DNA of 64,000 bases from Macrostomum lignano (lineage: Eukaryota): the NCBI GenBank assembly GCA_002269645.1, contig NIVC01001072.1:248001-312000 (forward strand). Direction: 5' to 3'. Both the position numbers and the translations under genes were made by a program. The stretch's first letter is position 1, and every line of letters begins with the position of its first letter. This document shows positions 1 through 13,400 of the stretch, piece after piece. The notes under the pieces are model-generated. The model had not been told where the DNA came from, made no database searches, and saw only the letters and a list, made by a program, of their open reading frames with translations.

Positions 1-360
1 GCCAGCCTCCCAGATCCTCAGTTGCTGGGCCAGCCTCCCAAATCCTCAGTTGCTGGGCCAGCCTCCCAGATCCTCAGTTGCTTGGCCAGCCTACCAGATC
101 CTCAGTTGCTTGGCCAGCCTACCAGAGTTTCAGTTGCTGGACCAGCCTCCCAAATCCTCAGTTGCTGGGCCAGCCTCTCAGATCCTCAGTTGCTTGGCCA
201 GCCTCCCAGATCCTCAGTTGCTTGGCCAGCCTCCCAGATCCTCAGTTGCTGTGTCAGCCTCCCAAATCCTCAGTTGCTGGGCCAGCCTCCCAGATACTCA
301 GTTGCTGTGTCAGCCTCCCAAATCCTCAGTTGCTGGGCCAGCCTCCCAGAGTGTCAGTTG
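1..360 (+). repeat. 28-bp minisatellite (GCCAGCCTCCCAGATCCTCAGTTGCTGG)n, intronic
   Basis: Direct tandem copies; the same family occurs at 15223-15295 and 60200-61330. Confidence 0.95.
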
Positions 361-477
361 CTGTTCCACCGCCACCCTTGGATCCCATGGAAGATCCCAT
401 GGATTGGGAATCTCATCCCGGATTCCCAATTTCTAAATGCGATAGTAATTAATCATCCCATTGCCTCGATCCCACAG

Positions 478-717
478 GAGATGCTTATCTGTGTCAAGGT
501 GCTGGACATATTTCATCTGATCCCGTCGGCTACATCTAAGTACATCGAACCGCTGTGCAAAATGGTGCTCGACTGCGAAAAAATGCTCCATATTGAGCCT
601 AGCAGCCCATTGCGGCAGCCGCTGCTTCGGTTTCTGCTCCGATTTCCGCAGGAATTCCTCATGTTCAGCTTCAAGGCGCCTGGCTTTAACGACTGTCATT
701 ATCGGAGATTTTTTCTG
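478..717 (+). CDS. TRRAP: TRRAP exon (HEAT region)
   Basis: cccacag|GAG ... CTG|gtgagt; 80 codons [18 protein letters not shown]... Confidence 0.9.
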
Positions 718-3231
718 GTGAGTGGTATTCGACTCTATGATCCCTAAACTAGGCTTTATGATCCCCAACTAGACTCTATGATTGGGACTAGACTATGATC
801 CCCAACTATACTCTATGATCCCCAACTATACTCTATGATCCCCAACTAGACTTTATGATCCCCAACTATACTCTATGATCCCCAACTATACTCTATGATC
901 CCCAACTATACTCTATGATCCGTAACACGACTCTATAATCCCCAACTAGACTATGATCACCAACTCGAATCTATGATCTCCAACTCGACTCTATGATCTC
1001 CAACTCGACTCTATGATCTCCAACTCGACTCTATGATCTCCAACTCGACTCTATGATCTCCAACTCGACTCTATGATCTCCAACTCGACTCTATGATCTC
1101 CAACTCGACTCTATGATCTCCAACTCGACTCTATGATCTCCAACTCGACTCCCTAATGATCCCAATCCCAAGTCCTCCCCAATGATCCCAATCCCAACTA
1201 CCCTATTGATCCCAAGTCCTCCCTTAGGATTCCAATCCCAAGTTTACCCTATTGGGATCGCAAATAAAGCCAAAACGCTCATCCCGATCATGTTTTGATA
1301 TTCCCTGCCCTCTCCCCCATCGTAGTGGTGCCTTCGCCAAGAGGACAGCACAGATCTGCGGCGTCACGTGGCCAACAGCGCCAAGCAGCTGACTGAGATG
1401 CTGCAGAAAGCGTCGGCATCCGGCGGCCAGCTGCCAGCAGGCCTGACCGACTCCGATCCCCGATATTTCATTCTGTCTATTGTGAACACTGTGAAGGACA
1501 AAGAGCCGGACCTGTTGCTAGGCCAGACTGAGCTGGTCAATGCAGTTCTGCAGCACTGGGTCACTGCTGGATCTGCTGCTTGTTGGGCTCCGAGAACTGG
1601 AGGAGGTGGCGTCGGATTGCAGCAGCAACAGTTGCGACCTTTGACCCCAGGATTTTATAGCGAATCTGATATGCCCGAGATTGTTGTAGAAATATTGCTG
1701 TACTATTATAAGTGAGTGCTTGTGTATTTGCACTTTTGTATAGATTATCTTTAGGGGGCACTTAAAACTGGATGGAATTCAACATTCTATGGGATTTGGG
1801 ATTCTATGGGATTGGGATACTATGGGATTGGGATACTATGGGATTTGTTGGGATACTATAGGATTTGGGATTCTATGGGATTTGGGATTCTATGGGATTT
1901 ATGATTCTATGGGATTTGGGATTCTATGAGATTGGGGATACTATGGGATTTGTTGGGATACTATAGGATTTGTGATTCTATGGGATTTGGGATTCTATGG
2001 GATTTATGATTCTATGGGATTTGGGATTCTATGGGATTTGGGATTCTATGGGATTGGGGATACTATGGGATTTGTTGGGATACTATGGGATTTGTTGGGA
2101 TACTATAGGATTTGGGATTCTATGGGATTTGAGATTCTATGGGATTTAGGATACTATGGGATTTGTTGGGATACTATAGGATTTGGGATTCTATGGGATT
2201 TGGGATTCTATGGGATTTATGATTCTATGGGATTTGGGATTCTATGAGATTGGGGATACTATGGGATTTGTTGGGATACTATAGGATTTGGGATTCTATG
2301 GGATTTGGGATACTATGGGATTTGTTGGGATACTATAGGATTTGGGATTCTATGGGATTTATGATTCTATGGGATTTGAGATTCTATGGGATTTGAGCTT
2401 CTATGGGATTCTACGGATATTAGATTCTATCGGATTTAAGATTCTATAGGATTTTTAGATTCTATGGGATTTTAAGATTCTATGGGATTCTACGGATATT
2501 AGATTCTATCGGATTTAAGATTCTATAGGATTTTAAGATTCTATGGGATTTAGATTATATGGGATTCTTTGATAATTTGGGATTCTCTGGGATTTGGGAT
2601 TCTTTGTGATTTGGGATTCTCTGGGATTTGAGATTCTCTGGGTTTTGGGATTCTTTGTGATTTGGGATTCTCTTGGATTTCATGCTTTGGGATTTAGAAT
2701 TACATTAATTTTGGATTCCAGAAGATTTGGGATTTAACATTCGATTAAATTTTGGGATTCTATCTTATTTGGAATTCTATGCGTGAGCTTTCTCCGGTGG
2801 GATGATGATAGGAAATTCAGAGCAGTTTCAAGGTTAAGGGTTCCACATATTTTGACTAGAAAACATTAATTATACAAGCGTGTTTGACATTCTGTTTCCC
2901 TATCGCAGGCACAATCTCGAAGAATTCGACTTGCTGTTCCAACTGCTCCGCTGCTACTTGGACAGCTCAGTGTGCAACTTTCACTTCTTCACCAGCTTCC
3001 TGTCCGAGCAGTGCCAGACCGCCTCTCCGGCCTGGAAGCGGGCCGTGTTCTTGAAATTTCGCGACATTCACAAGGACCGGGCCTGGGCTAGCCAGGTGCA
3101 ATTGAAGTGCAAAATATTGCAGTACGTTGTGATACCGTCTGTTAGCTACAGCTTTGACAACGGGCAGCAGGAGGCTCTGATTGGCGGCCCGCCCGAGCCC
3201 GACTCTGCGTCTGGCGGTGAGCGGCGTTTTG

Positions 3232-3280
<49 letters not shown>

Positions 3281-3323
3281 GCCTGTCTGTGTGTCTGTCT
3301 GTCTGTCTGTCTGTCTTTCTCAG

Positions 3324-3359
<36 letters not shown>

Positions 3360-3530
3360 GCCTGTCTGTCTGTCTGCCTGTCCGTCTGTCTGTCTGTCTG
3401 TCTGCCTGTCTGTCTGTCTGTCTGTCTGCCTGTCCGTCTGTCTGTCTGCCTGTCTATCTGTCTGTCTATCTGTCTGTCTATCTGTCTGCCTGTCTATCTG
3501 TCTGTCTGTGTGTCTGCCTGCCTGTCTGTC

Positions 3531-3578
<48 letters not shown>

Positions 3579-6500
3579 TGTCTGTCTGTCTGTGTGTGTG
3601 TCTGTCTGTCTGTCTGCCTGTCTGTCTGTCTGTCTGTCTGTCTGCCTATCTGTCTGCGTGTCTGTGTGTCTGTCTGTCTGTCTGTCTGTCTGCCTATCTG
3701 TCTGCGTGTCTGTCTGCCTGTCTGATAACCCCAGTCCACCCGCCCCACCGCAGACAATATGGTCGCTGTATTTGTCCGCGACTTCCTAACCGACGCCACC
3801 ACCCCGGAGCCGGACGCCCTTCGCGTCCTGATCCTCCAGCTGGCCTGCGTGTTCGTTGAAAAAGCGTCGCCATGGATACACGACGCTAACAACAAGCGAC
3901 AGCAGGGCGTGGCGTTGCACAGGTTGATGACCTACGCCTGGCCATGCGTCCTCAGCAACCTGAGCGCCACCGACCGCTGGCAAAATTCCACGGCCACCTT
4001 CTGCTGGCTCACATCATTGCCAAATTCGCCATCAACAAGCGCATTGTTGTGCAAGTCTTTCACGGCTTATTAAAATCCTTTCAACCGGAACCGAAACGCG
4101 TCGTGACTGCCGCTCTGGACATTCTGACGCCAGTGATGACTTCGAGACTGGAGGACGATCCGAGCATTCTGCAGCATTGGACTAAAAAAATTCTGCTCGA
4201 GGATACCGCCGCTGGATCTACTCAAAATTATCAGCACATTCTGTGAGTTGTTTTTGAATAGCAAATTTAAACAAAATTGATTTTATTTTGATTGCTATTC
4301 ATCGAATCGTTTTGTTTTCTTTCAGGAGTCTTATAGTTCGGCATCACGACGTCTATTATGCTATTCGGCACTCGCTGATGACGAATATTCTGCAGGGCCT
4401 GTCCAAATTCGGCTTGGCTAGCAATGTGAGAATTCGAGTTATGGTGTCTTTTGGGTTCGAGTTGTGAGATTTGGGGTTCGAGCTGTAGGATTTTGGGATT
4501 TGGGATTCGAGTTGTGGGATTTGGGATTTGGGATTCGAGCTGTAGGATTTTGGGATTTGGGATTCGAGTTGTGCGATTTGGGATTCGAGTTCTGCGATTT
4601 GGGATTCGAGTTGTGGGATTTGTGGTTTGAGTTGTGGGATTTTTGGTTTGAGTTGCGGGATTTGGGATTCGAGTTGTGGGATTTTGGGATTTGTGATTCG
4701 AGTTGTGGGATTTTGGGATTTGTGATTCGAGTTGTGGGATTTTGGGATTTGTGATTCGAGTTGTGGGATTTGTGGTTTGAGTTGTGGGATTTTTGGTTTG
4801 AGTTGCGGGATTTGGGATTCGAGTTGTGGGAATTGGGATTCGAGTTGTGAGATTTGGGATTCGAGTTGTGGGATTTGGGATTCGAGTTGTGGGATTTGTG
4901 ATTCGAGTTGTGGGATTTGTGTTTCTAGTTGTGGGATTTGTGGTTTGAGTTGTGGGATTTGGGACTCGAGTTGTGGGATTTGGGACTTGAGTTGTAAGAT
5001 TTGGGACTTGAGTTGTGGGATTTGGGACTCGAGTTGTGGGATTCGGGACTCGAGTTGTGGGATTTCGGATTCGAGTTGTGGGATTTGTGGTTTGAGTTGT
5101 GGGTTTTGGGATTTGAGATGCGGGATTTGGGATTCGAGTTGTGAGATTTGGGATTCGAGTTGTGGGAATTGGGATTCGAGTTGTGAGATTTGGGATTCGA
5201 GTTGTGGGATTTGTGATTCCAGTTGTGGGATTCGGGATTCGAGTTGTGGGATATGGGACTCGAGTTGTGGGATTTAGGACTCGAGTTGTGGGATTTCGGA
5301 TTCGAGTAGTGGGATTTGGGATTCAAGTTTTGGATTTTGGATTTTGGATTTGAGCTGTAGAATTTTGGGATTTGGGATTCGAGTTGTGGAATTTAGGATT
5401 CGAGTTGTGGGATTTAGGACTCGAGTTGTGGGATTTCGGATTCGAGTAGTGGGATTTGGGATTCAAGTTTTGGATTTTTGATTTAGGATTTGAGCTGTAG
5501 AATTTTGGAATTTGGGATTCGAGTTGTGGAATTTAGGATTCGAGTTGTGGGATTTGTGGTTTGAGTTGTGGGTTTTGGGATTTGAGATGCGGGATTTGGG
5601 ATTCGAGTTGTGGGAATTGGGATTCGAGTTGTGAGATTTGGGATTCGAGTTGTGGGTTTTTGGAGTTGGAGTTGTGAGATTTGGGATTCGAGTTGTGGGA
5701 TTTGGGGTTCCAGTTGTGAGATTTGGGATTCGAGTTGTGGGATTTGTGATTCCAGTTGTGGGATTCGGGATTCGAGTTGTGGGATTTGAGATTCCAGTTG
5801 TGGGGTTTGGGATTCAACGTTGTACGTGGATCCAACTGCACAGTTATTTTATCCTAAGTAAAAAGATTCGCTACCGAATTACTCAACCTCAGAACGTGTC
5901 GGCTGAGCACCGCAAGTTGGCCCTCGAGCTCATTGAGACCGTCATGAAGTGGGACCTACGCCAGCGAACCGAAGCTGAGGCTCAGAGAAATCAGCCTCAA
6001 CAGTCGTCGCAACAGGAACAGCAGCTCCAACTAGAAGATACTCAATCTTCTTCCTGTGACACCAAATCTTTGATGTCGCCGTCGTCTTCTTCCAGTTCGC
6101 CGCTGCCAGCTAAGCGAGCCAGACTGTCGGCTACGTCGACTGCTGCGGCGGCTTCTGCGGCGGCTGCTTCTGCTGTGTCGTCGGCCTCTTCGACTTTGTC
6201 TGGCGATCAGCAGCCGTCGGGTCAGTGTTGGATATTGTTGATCACAGACTCCTTAGACTCTTGGTCTTAGACTCTCTTTGTCGGACTCTCTATCAATGTC
6301 GGCCTCTCTCTCAATGTCGGACTCTCTATGTCGGACTCTCTATGTCGGGCTCTCTCTCAATGTCGGACTCTATGTCGGACTCTCTCTCAATGTCGGACTC
6401 TATGTCGGACTCTCTCTCAATGTCGGACTCTCTATGTCGGACTCTCTCTCAATGTCGGACTCTCAATGTCGGACTCTCTATGTCGGACTCTCTATGTCGG

Positions 6501-6958
6501 ACTCTATCTCTCTCTCTCAAGGTCGGACTCTCTATGTCGGACTCTATCTCTCTCTCTCAAGGTCGGACTCTCTATGTCGGACTCAATCTCTCTCTCTCTC
6601 TCAAGGTCGGACTCTATCTCTCTCTCTCTCTCAAGGTCGGACTCTCTATGTCGGACTCTCTCTCAATGTCGGACTCTATCTCTCTCTCTCAAGGTCGGAC
6701 TCTCTATGTCGGACTCTATCTCTCTCTCTCTCTCAAGGTCGGACTCTCTATGTCGGACTCTCTCTCAATGTCGGACTCTATATGTCGGACTCTCTCTCTC
6801 TCAATGTCGGACTCTCTATATCGGAGTCTCTATGTGGGGCTCTCAATGTCGGACTCTCTATGTGTGACTCTCAATGTCAGACTCTCTCTCTCTCTCAGTG
6901 TCAGATCTCAATGTCGGACTCTCAGTGTCGGATTGTTAATGTCGGACTCTCAATGTGG

Positions 6959-7034
<76 letters not shown>

Positions 7035-10000
7035 GTGTCGGACTGCTAGTCAGACCGCTGCCAGCTCCTAATGTCTCAATAATACTTCCGCTCGTACGAG
7101 CTAGTTTTAGATTCTTCCTCTAGAAATCTCCGTTTCAGTCTCGTTAATTCTCTATTAGTTTAATAGGCTTATAAACTAAATCGAAGTGCTCAACACACTG
7201 GCTTTAGGTTCAGCGACATCGGCCGCTGGAGCCGCCGCCGCCGCCGCTGCCGCCAGCAAGCCATTCGACAAGTGCACTAAAGATCAAATAGTCTACGCCC
7301 TGATGCGCTTCGCCGTGTACATCGTCGACGGCAATGTGAACAATTTAGGCAACGAATTGTGGACTAAGCGTCCAATACAGCTGATCCAGACTCTGCTGTC
7401 TCCGGAATGGTGGCCGGATACCGACTTGAAATTGTCATTCTTCGATCGGATTCTCAACGTACCGTTAGAGACTAGGGGCGCTAATTCGGTGCAGACTGCT
7501 CAGGTAAAATATTTCCTATTATGTACTTCTGAGATTCCTATAGTTATAAGGGAAATGAGGGATTAGTGTAGTTGCTAAAGGGAATAGAGATTAGTGTAGT
7601 TGCTAAGGGAAATTGGGGATAAGTGTAGTTGCTAAGGGAAATTGGGGATTAGTGTAGTTGCTAAAGGGAATTGGGGATTAGTGTAGTTGCTAAGGGATAT
7701 TGGGGATAAGTTTAGTTCCTAAGGGAAATTGGGGATTAGTGTAGTTGCTAAAGGGAATAGGGATTAGTGTAGTTGCTAAGGGAAATTGTGGATTAGTGTA
7801 GTTGCTAAAGGGAATAGGGATTAGTGTAGTTGCTAAGGGGAATAGGGATTAGTGTAGTTGCTAAAGGGAATAGGGATTAGTGTAGTTGCTAAGGGAAATT
7901 GGGGATTAGTGTAGTTGCTAAAGGGAATAGGGATTAGTGTAGTTGCTAAGGGAAATTGTGGATTAGTGTAGTTGCTAAAGGGAATAGGGATTAGTGTAGT
8001 TGCTAAGGGGAATAGGGATTAGTGTAGTTGCTAAGGGGAATGAAGGATTATTGTCGTCGCTAAGTAGAACATGGATGCATTTGTGTAGTTGCTAAGGGAA
8101 ATAGACATTGTAAATCAGGCTTGTAAATAAACCGAAATCTCCCACCTAGATGAACGCCTCTCTGGAAGTACTTCGCGTATTATTCGATCATTTGGATCGC
8201 TCCGCGCTGCTCACCTCCATGCGCCTGCTGTCCAAGGGCCTGTGCAACTGTCTACGCCAGGCTAGCAATCCGCGCGCTGTGAAACTAATGGGCCCAATAG
8301 TGACCAGAGTGTTTAGCCTGTTCCCACCTGAGTCTGATCAATTAAATCAGTTCACTAAACACTCGGAGCTGGTGGAATTCTACATGACAATTTATAAAGC
8401 AATTCTAGACGGATTCAGTCACTACGAGAGGACTAGCGTTACTAATAGTCCTGCCACTGCCCAACTGTTCGCGTCTATCATGCTGCTCAAAGCTACTCAG
8501 GTGAGGAATAATCTATCTATTGTTTGCATGCAACATTCGATCCCAAACCAGATAAGGATCCTATGTTACAAATTTCATTCTAAATCCAAAATCCCAAATT
8601 TTACTTAGATTACTGAGATCCCATTACTAGGTCCTAGATCTCGATTTTTCTAATTGTATCTTATTTCTAGGTCTTAGATCCCAACTTTCTAATGGGATCC
8701 CATTTCCAAGTCTTACATTTAGATCCAATTTCTAGGACCCAGATCAACTTTTCTAATGGGATCCGAGTTCTAGATTCAAGATCCCATTTTTTGTAATCAT
8801 ATTTTTATTAGACAGACCTAGCAACAAGATTGCTATCATTCCAAAACCAACCCAGGCTGACGGCAACTATGTTATCGTTGACCGGGTGATCACACACTTT
8901 GGTAAGCTGCTCAACCGTATGGCTAAGGAGACATTCAATGCCACGGCAACCGACACCGGAGCCTACATGACCGACATGTTAATTACTTCGTTCGACATTG
9001 TCAAGTGCCGATTAAACAGCATGTCAGTTGACACACGGCGCAGCTTCCTTCAGTTGCTGCTTCATCTAATTGAGAAGAGTAGCGATACTAAACTATTGAA
9101 AGCGATTGTGTCTCTAATCCGCGAGTGGATCTGCGTCACCAGGCCGGAGGATCAGGCGTCGGCTCCGGTGCCGAAGGAGCGCTGCCAGCTGCTAATGAAG
9201 GTGATGTCGAATATCTCTAATTCTCGCATCCGCGATGAAGATATCATTGACGAGTTCTTGGAGGCGGTGTACACCGTGTACAGCGTGCCGTACTACAAGA
9301 ATCAGGAGATGTTCGGCAAGCTGGAGCAAGCATTCTGCATGGGCGTCGACAGCGGCAAGCCGGCCATACGGAACAAGTTCATGCGAGTGTACATGTCCGA
9401 GGTATTCGAGGGGCCGCACGCTAACAGCCTGCAAAGCCGCCTACTGTTTATAGTGGCCTCGCATCGTTGGGACAAAATGGGATCCTGCTTTTGGATACCC
9501 ATCGCTTTTGAAATCTTTGTTCGAGCCGCTCTGCCGGAGGCGCGGGTGCGTCTGGCGCAGCCTGGCCGCTACTTGGGCGGCGCCGCAACCGGTGCAGAAT
9601 CCGCCTCATCGTCATCTGGGCCGGTTGTCAAGCAGGAGGCTGGGCTTGAGAGCGAATTCGCAGCCCTGGCTGAGTCAGATGCTAAGCTGTTTTATTGCGA
9701 TCAGCAGGACAGTGTGACTGGGGCGCCATCGACTGAGGCCGACAGCAAGGACGATAGCAAAGTCGCTGACGATGACGACATGACGGGAGCCAACGCTGCT
9801 CAGGAGTCGCTGTTTCCCTACGAGGATCCGGCTAGATTGGGAACCTTGCTGGCTAGGGACGCTCAGGTAGGGTTCTGGTAGTAAAATATTAGTAATAGTA
9901 GTAAGTAGTAATAATAGTTAGCGAAAGGTCTTATAGTAGTCACGGCTAGCAGCCCAGGCTCGATTCCAAGTGCAGTCACATTTATTTGGGGCCCTAACGA

Positions 10001-10245
10001 TATTAAATTAATAAAGTTAGGGCCGCTGTACACTCCTGTGTGAGTGTGTGCCTGTGCGTATGACTGCGTACGTATCCGCGCGCTTGTGTGCGCTGCTCAG
10101 GGAAGTCGGCGGAATGGGCAGCAATGCCTCTCGCCGGTTGTGTGCCTATGTCGCTTAAAGTGCGCCAGAGTGCACACAGCCCCCTGCCTTTAACTCTAAC
10201 AGTAGTAGTAATAGTAGTTTTAGTAGGTATAATTAGTAGTAGGTA

Positions 10246-10302
<57 letters not shown>

Positions 10303-10399
10303 TTAATAGTAGTAGTAGTAATAGTAGTAGTAGTAGTAATAGTAGTAGTAGTACTGGTAGTGGTAGTAGTAGTAGGTAGTAGTAATAGTAGTTGTAGTT

Positions 10400-10488
<89 letters not shown>

Positions 10489-13400
10489 TAGTACTAGTAA
10501 GCAGTATACGCGTAGCTCTATGCTAACAAGTCCGACCGCCGTGCCAAAGCCCGTCTCCCCCGGGTTCGATTCCTTTCGAGCGAGCTCAAGCTATAGATAC
10601 CACAGGTACTCACGTACAGTTAATTATTATTATTAATTACCTGGACAATAACTGCCCCTCCCCGGACAAGGTGATGTCCGAATTAAGCGACGTCACCAAC
10701 GCTCTCCTACTGGACGGCATGGCCGCTCTCTGCTACGTGGACCATCAGCTGGCCGACAGCCTGTTCGTGTCCACATTTCCCAAGCTGTGGTCTCTGATCA
10801 CCGAGTCTACTACTAGCGCGCCAGGCGGGCAAGACGTCAGCCGTCAGCTGATTCCGTACGTGCGGAAGTTCATCGCCAGCGGCATACACAGTCACCAGAT
10901 GGACGTGCACCCGTCCAGCTTGCGTACATTCGTGTCCGGCGTGACCAAGTGCCCGGACATTACTCGGACCATACCCCATCCGGTGCTGTGCTATCTGGGC
11001 AGTCAGTTTCACATGTGGCACGAGTGCACCCTACTACTAGAACACTACTACTACGGCAACAGTAGAGTGAAACGCGGCGCTTTCGAAACCGCCAGTTCGT
11101 CGGCCGCCGTTTCAACCGGAAGTGCCGGCGAATTCGCTTCCGACTACGAGGAGGGCCTGTTGCAGATCTATTCGGAGATGCGAGAAGAGGACTATCTGGC
11201 CGCTATCTGGTCGGTTCGAGCGCCTTGCGAAGAGATGGTCAAAGCCGTTAGCTATGCGCAGTTCGGACTGTTCCAGGTGAGGATTGGTGCCTGCTCAGTT
11301 TCGGCTCAGCCTCTGAGCGATGTCCATCGTGTAGTGTACTCGCTTCTTGTGAGAGTTTGCGTCCCAGTCTATCTCCCCTTTCTTTACCCCTCTCTCTCTC
11401 TCTCTTTCTACCTCTATCCCCTTCTCTTTAGCTACCTCTATCCCCTTCTCTTTAGCTACCTCTATCCCCTTCTCTTTAGCTACCTCCATCCCCTTCTCTT
11501 TAGCTACCTCTATCCCCTTCTCTTTAGCTACCTCTATCCCCTTCTCTTTAGCTACCTCTATCCCCTTCTCTTTATCTACCTAGCTCTCTATCCCCTACTC
11601 TTTAGCTATCTCTCTATACCTCTATCTACCTCTCTATCCTCTTCTCTTTAGCTACCTCTCTATCCCCTCTCTGTAGCTACCTTTCTATCCCCTTCTCTTT
11701 ATCTACCTAGCTCTCTATCCCCTACTCTTTAGCTATCTCTCTATACCTCTATCTACCTCTCTATCCTCTTCTCTTTAGCTACCTCTCTATCCCCCTCTCT
11801 GTAGCTACCTTTCTATCCCCTTCTCTTTATCTACCTAGCTCTCTATCCCCTACTCTTTAGCTATCTCTCTATACCTCTATCTACCTCTCTATCCTCTTCT
11901 CTTTAGCTACCTCTCTATCCCCCTCTCTGTAGCTACCTTTCTATCCCCTTCTCTTTATCTACCTAGCTCTCTATCCCCTACTCTTTAGCTATCTCTCTAT
12001 ACCTCTATCTACCTCTCTATCCTCTTCTCTTTAGCTACCTCTCTATCCCCTCTCTGTAGCTACCTTTCTATCCCCTTCTCTTTATCTACCTAGCTCTCTA
12101 TCCCCTACTCTTTAGCTATCTCTCTATACCTCTATCTACCTCTCTATCCTCTTCTCTTTAGCTACCTCTCTATCCCCCTCTCTGTAGCTACCTTTCTATC
12201 CCCTTCTCTTTATCTACCTAGCTCTCTATCCCCTACTCTTTAGCTATCTCTCTATACCTCTATCTACCTCTCTATCCTCTTCTCTTTAGCTACCTCTCTA
12301 TCCCCCTCTCTGTAGCTACCTTTCTATCCCCTTCTCTTTATCTACCTAGCTCTCTATCCCCTACTCTTTAGCTATCTCTCTATACCTCTATCTACCTCTC
12401 TATCCTCTTCTCTTTAGCTACTTCTTTCTACTTCCCTCTATCCTTTTCCCTTTACCTACCTCTTTACCTCTGTCATCTACCTCTATATAGGTCTCCCCAC
12501 CTACCTCTCTATCCACCTCTATCTATCAAGCTCTACTCTATCATTTGCCTATCTAATCTTTAATCCTTTCAATCGCTATTCAAGCTTGCTTAGCTCGGTT
12601 CTCCGGTTTCTCACTCCCCCACTCCCCTGTCCACAGTTCAATGCAATGCATTCTGTTAGTACACGCGCACTCGCGTATTCGGTAGATCTGGGCAGGCGTG
12701 CTGTTTAATTGTGTTTTAGAACCATATATACATATATATATATATATATTAAGAAGGCCTGTTTTTAGTTAGCATTGGATCGAATCTCTGTAAACTTGTT
12801 ATTCACATTAGCAACTTGGCGCTGAACTTGAACTTTAATAGTGCAACTCATTCAATTGGCAAGATTGTTTCAGTCTTGCTAATTGAATATTTATTTTAAA
12901 TTGAATCTCTTTTTTATAGTTGATTTGGTATTCAAATTGAAATTAAGTAACTCTGTGAATTCGAAAACTTTATTCACAGTGTCTGAGAAATCCACCATGT
13001 GAAAACTAACAGTTTAACTACCAAATCTTGTTTCTTAGTCTTGCCATCTACCATAGTTCAGCTACCAATCCGTCTTTAAAAATCTACCAGTTCAGCTACC
13101 AATCCGTCTTTAAAAATCTACCAGTTCAGCTACCAATCCGTCTTTAAAAATCTACCAGTTCAGCTACCAATCCGTTTTTAAAAATCTACCAGTTCAGCTA
13201 CCAATCCGTTTTTAAAAATCTACCAGTTCAGCTACCAATCCGTCTTTAAAAATCTACCAGTTCAGCTACCAATCCGTCTTTAAAAATCTACCAGTTCAGC
13301 TACCAATCCGTCTTTAAAAATCTACCAGTTCAGCTACCAATCCGTTTTTAAAAATCTACCAGTTCAGCTACCAATCCGTCTTTAAAAATCTACCAGTTCA

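Noticed and set aside
2880-3859. ORFs running through (TCTG)n as CLSV repeats (also 6225-7123, 20149-20502, 60339-61318)
   Set aside because: Read-through into intronic repeats; canonical splice sites remove them.
10510-10590. Functional tRNA gene
   Set aside because: A and B boxes are present but no convincing acceptor or anticodon stems; treated as a SINE-like fragment.
9192-11021. Antisense and alternate-frame ORFs overlapping TRRAP exons (likewise within the transposases)
   Set aside because: Shadow ORFs of GC-rich coding sequence with no recognisable motifs.
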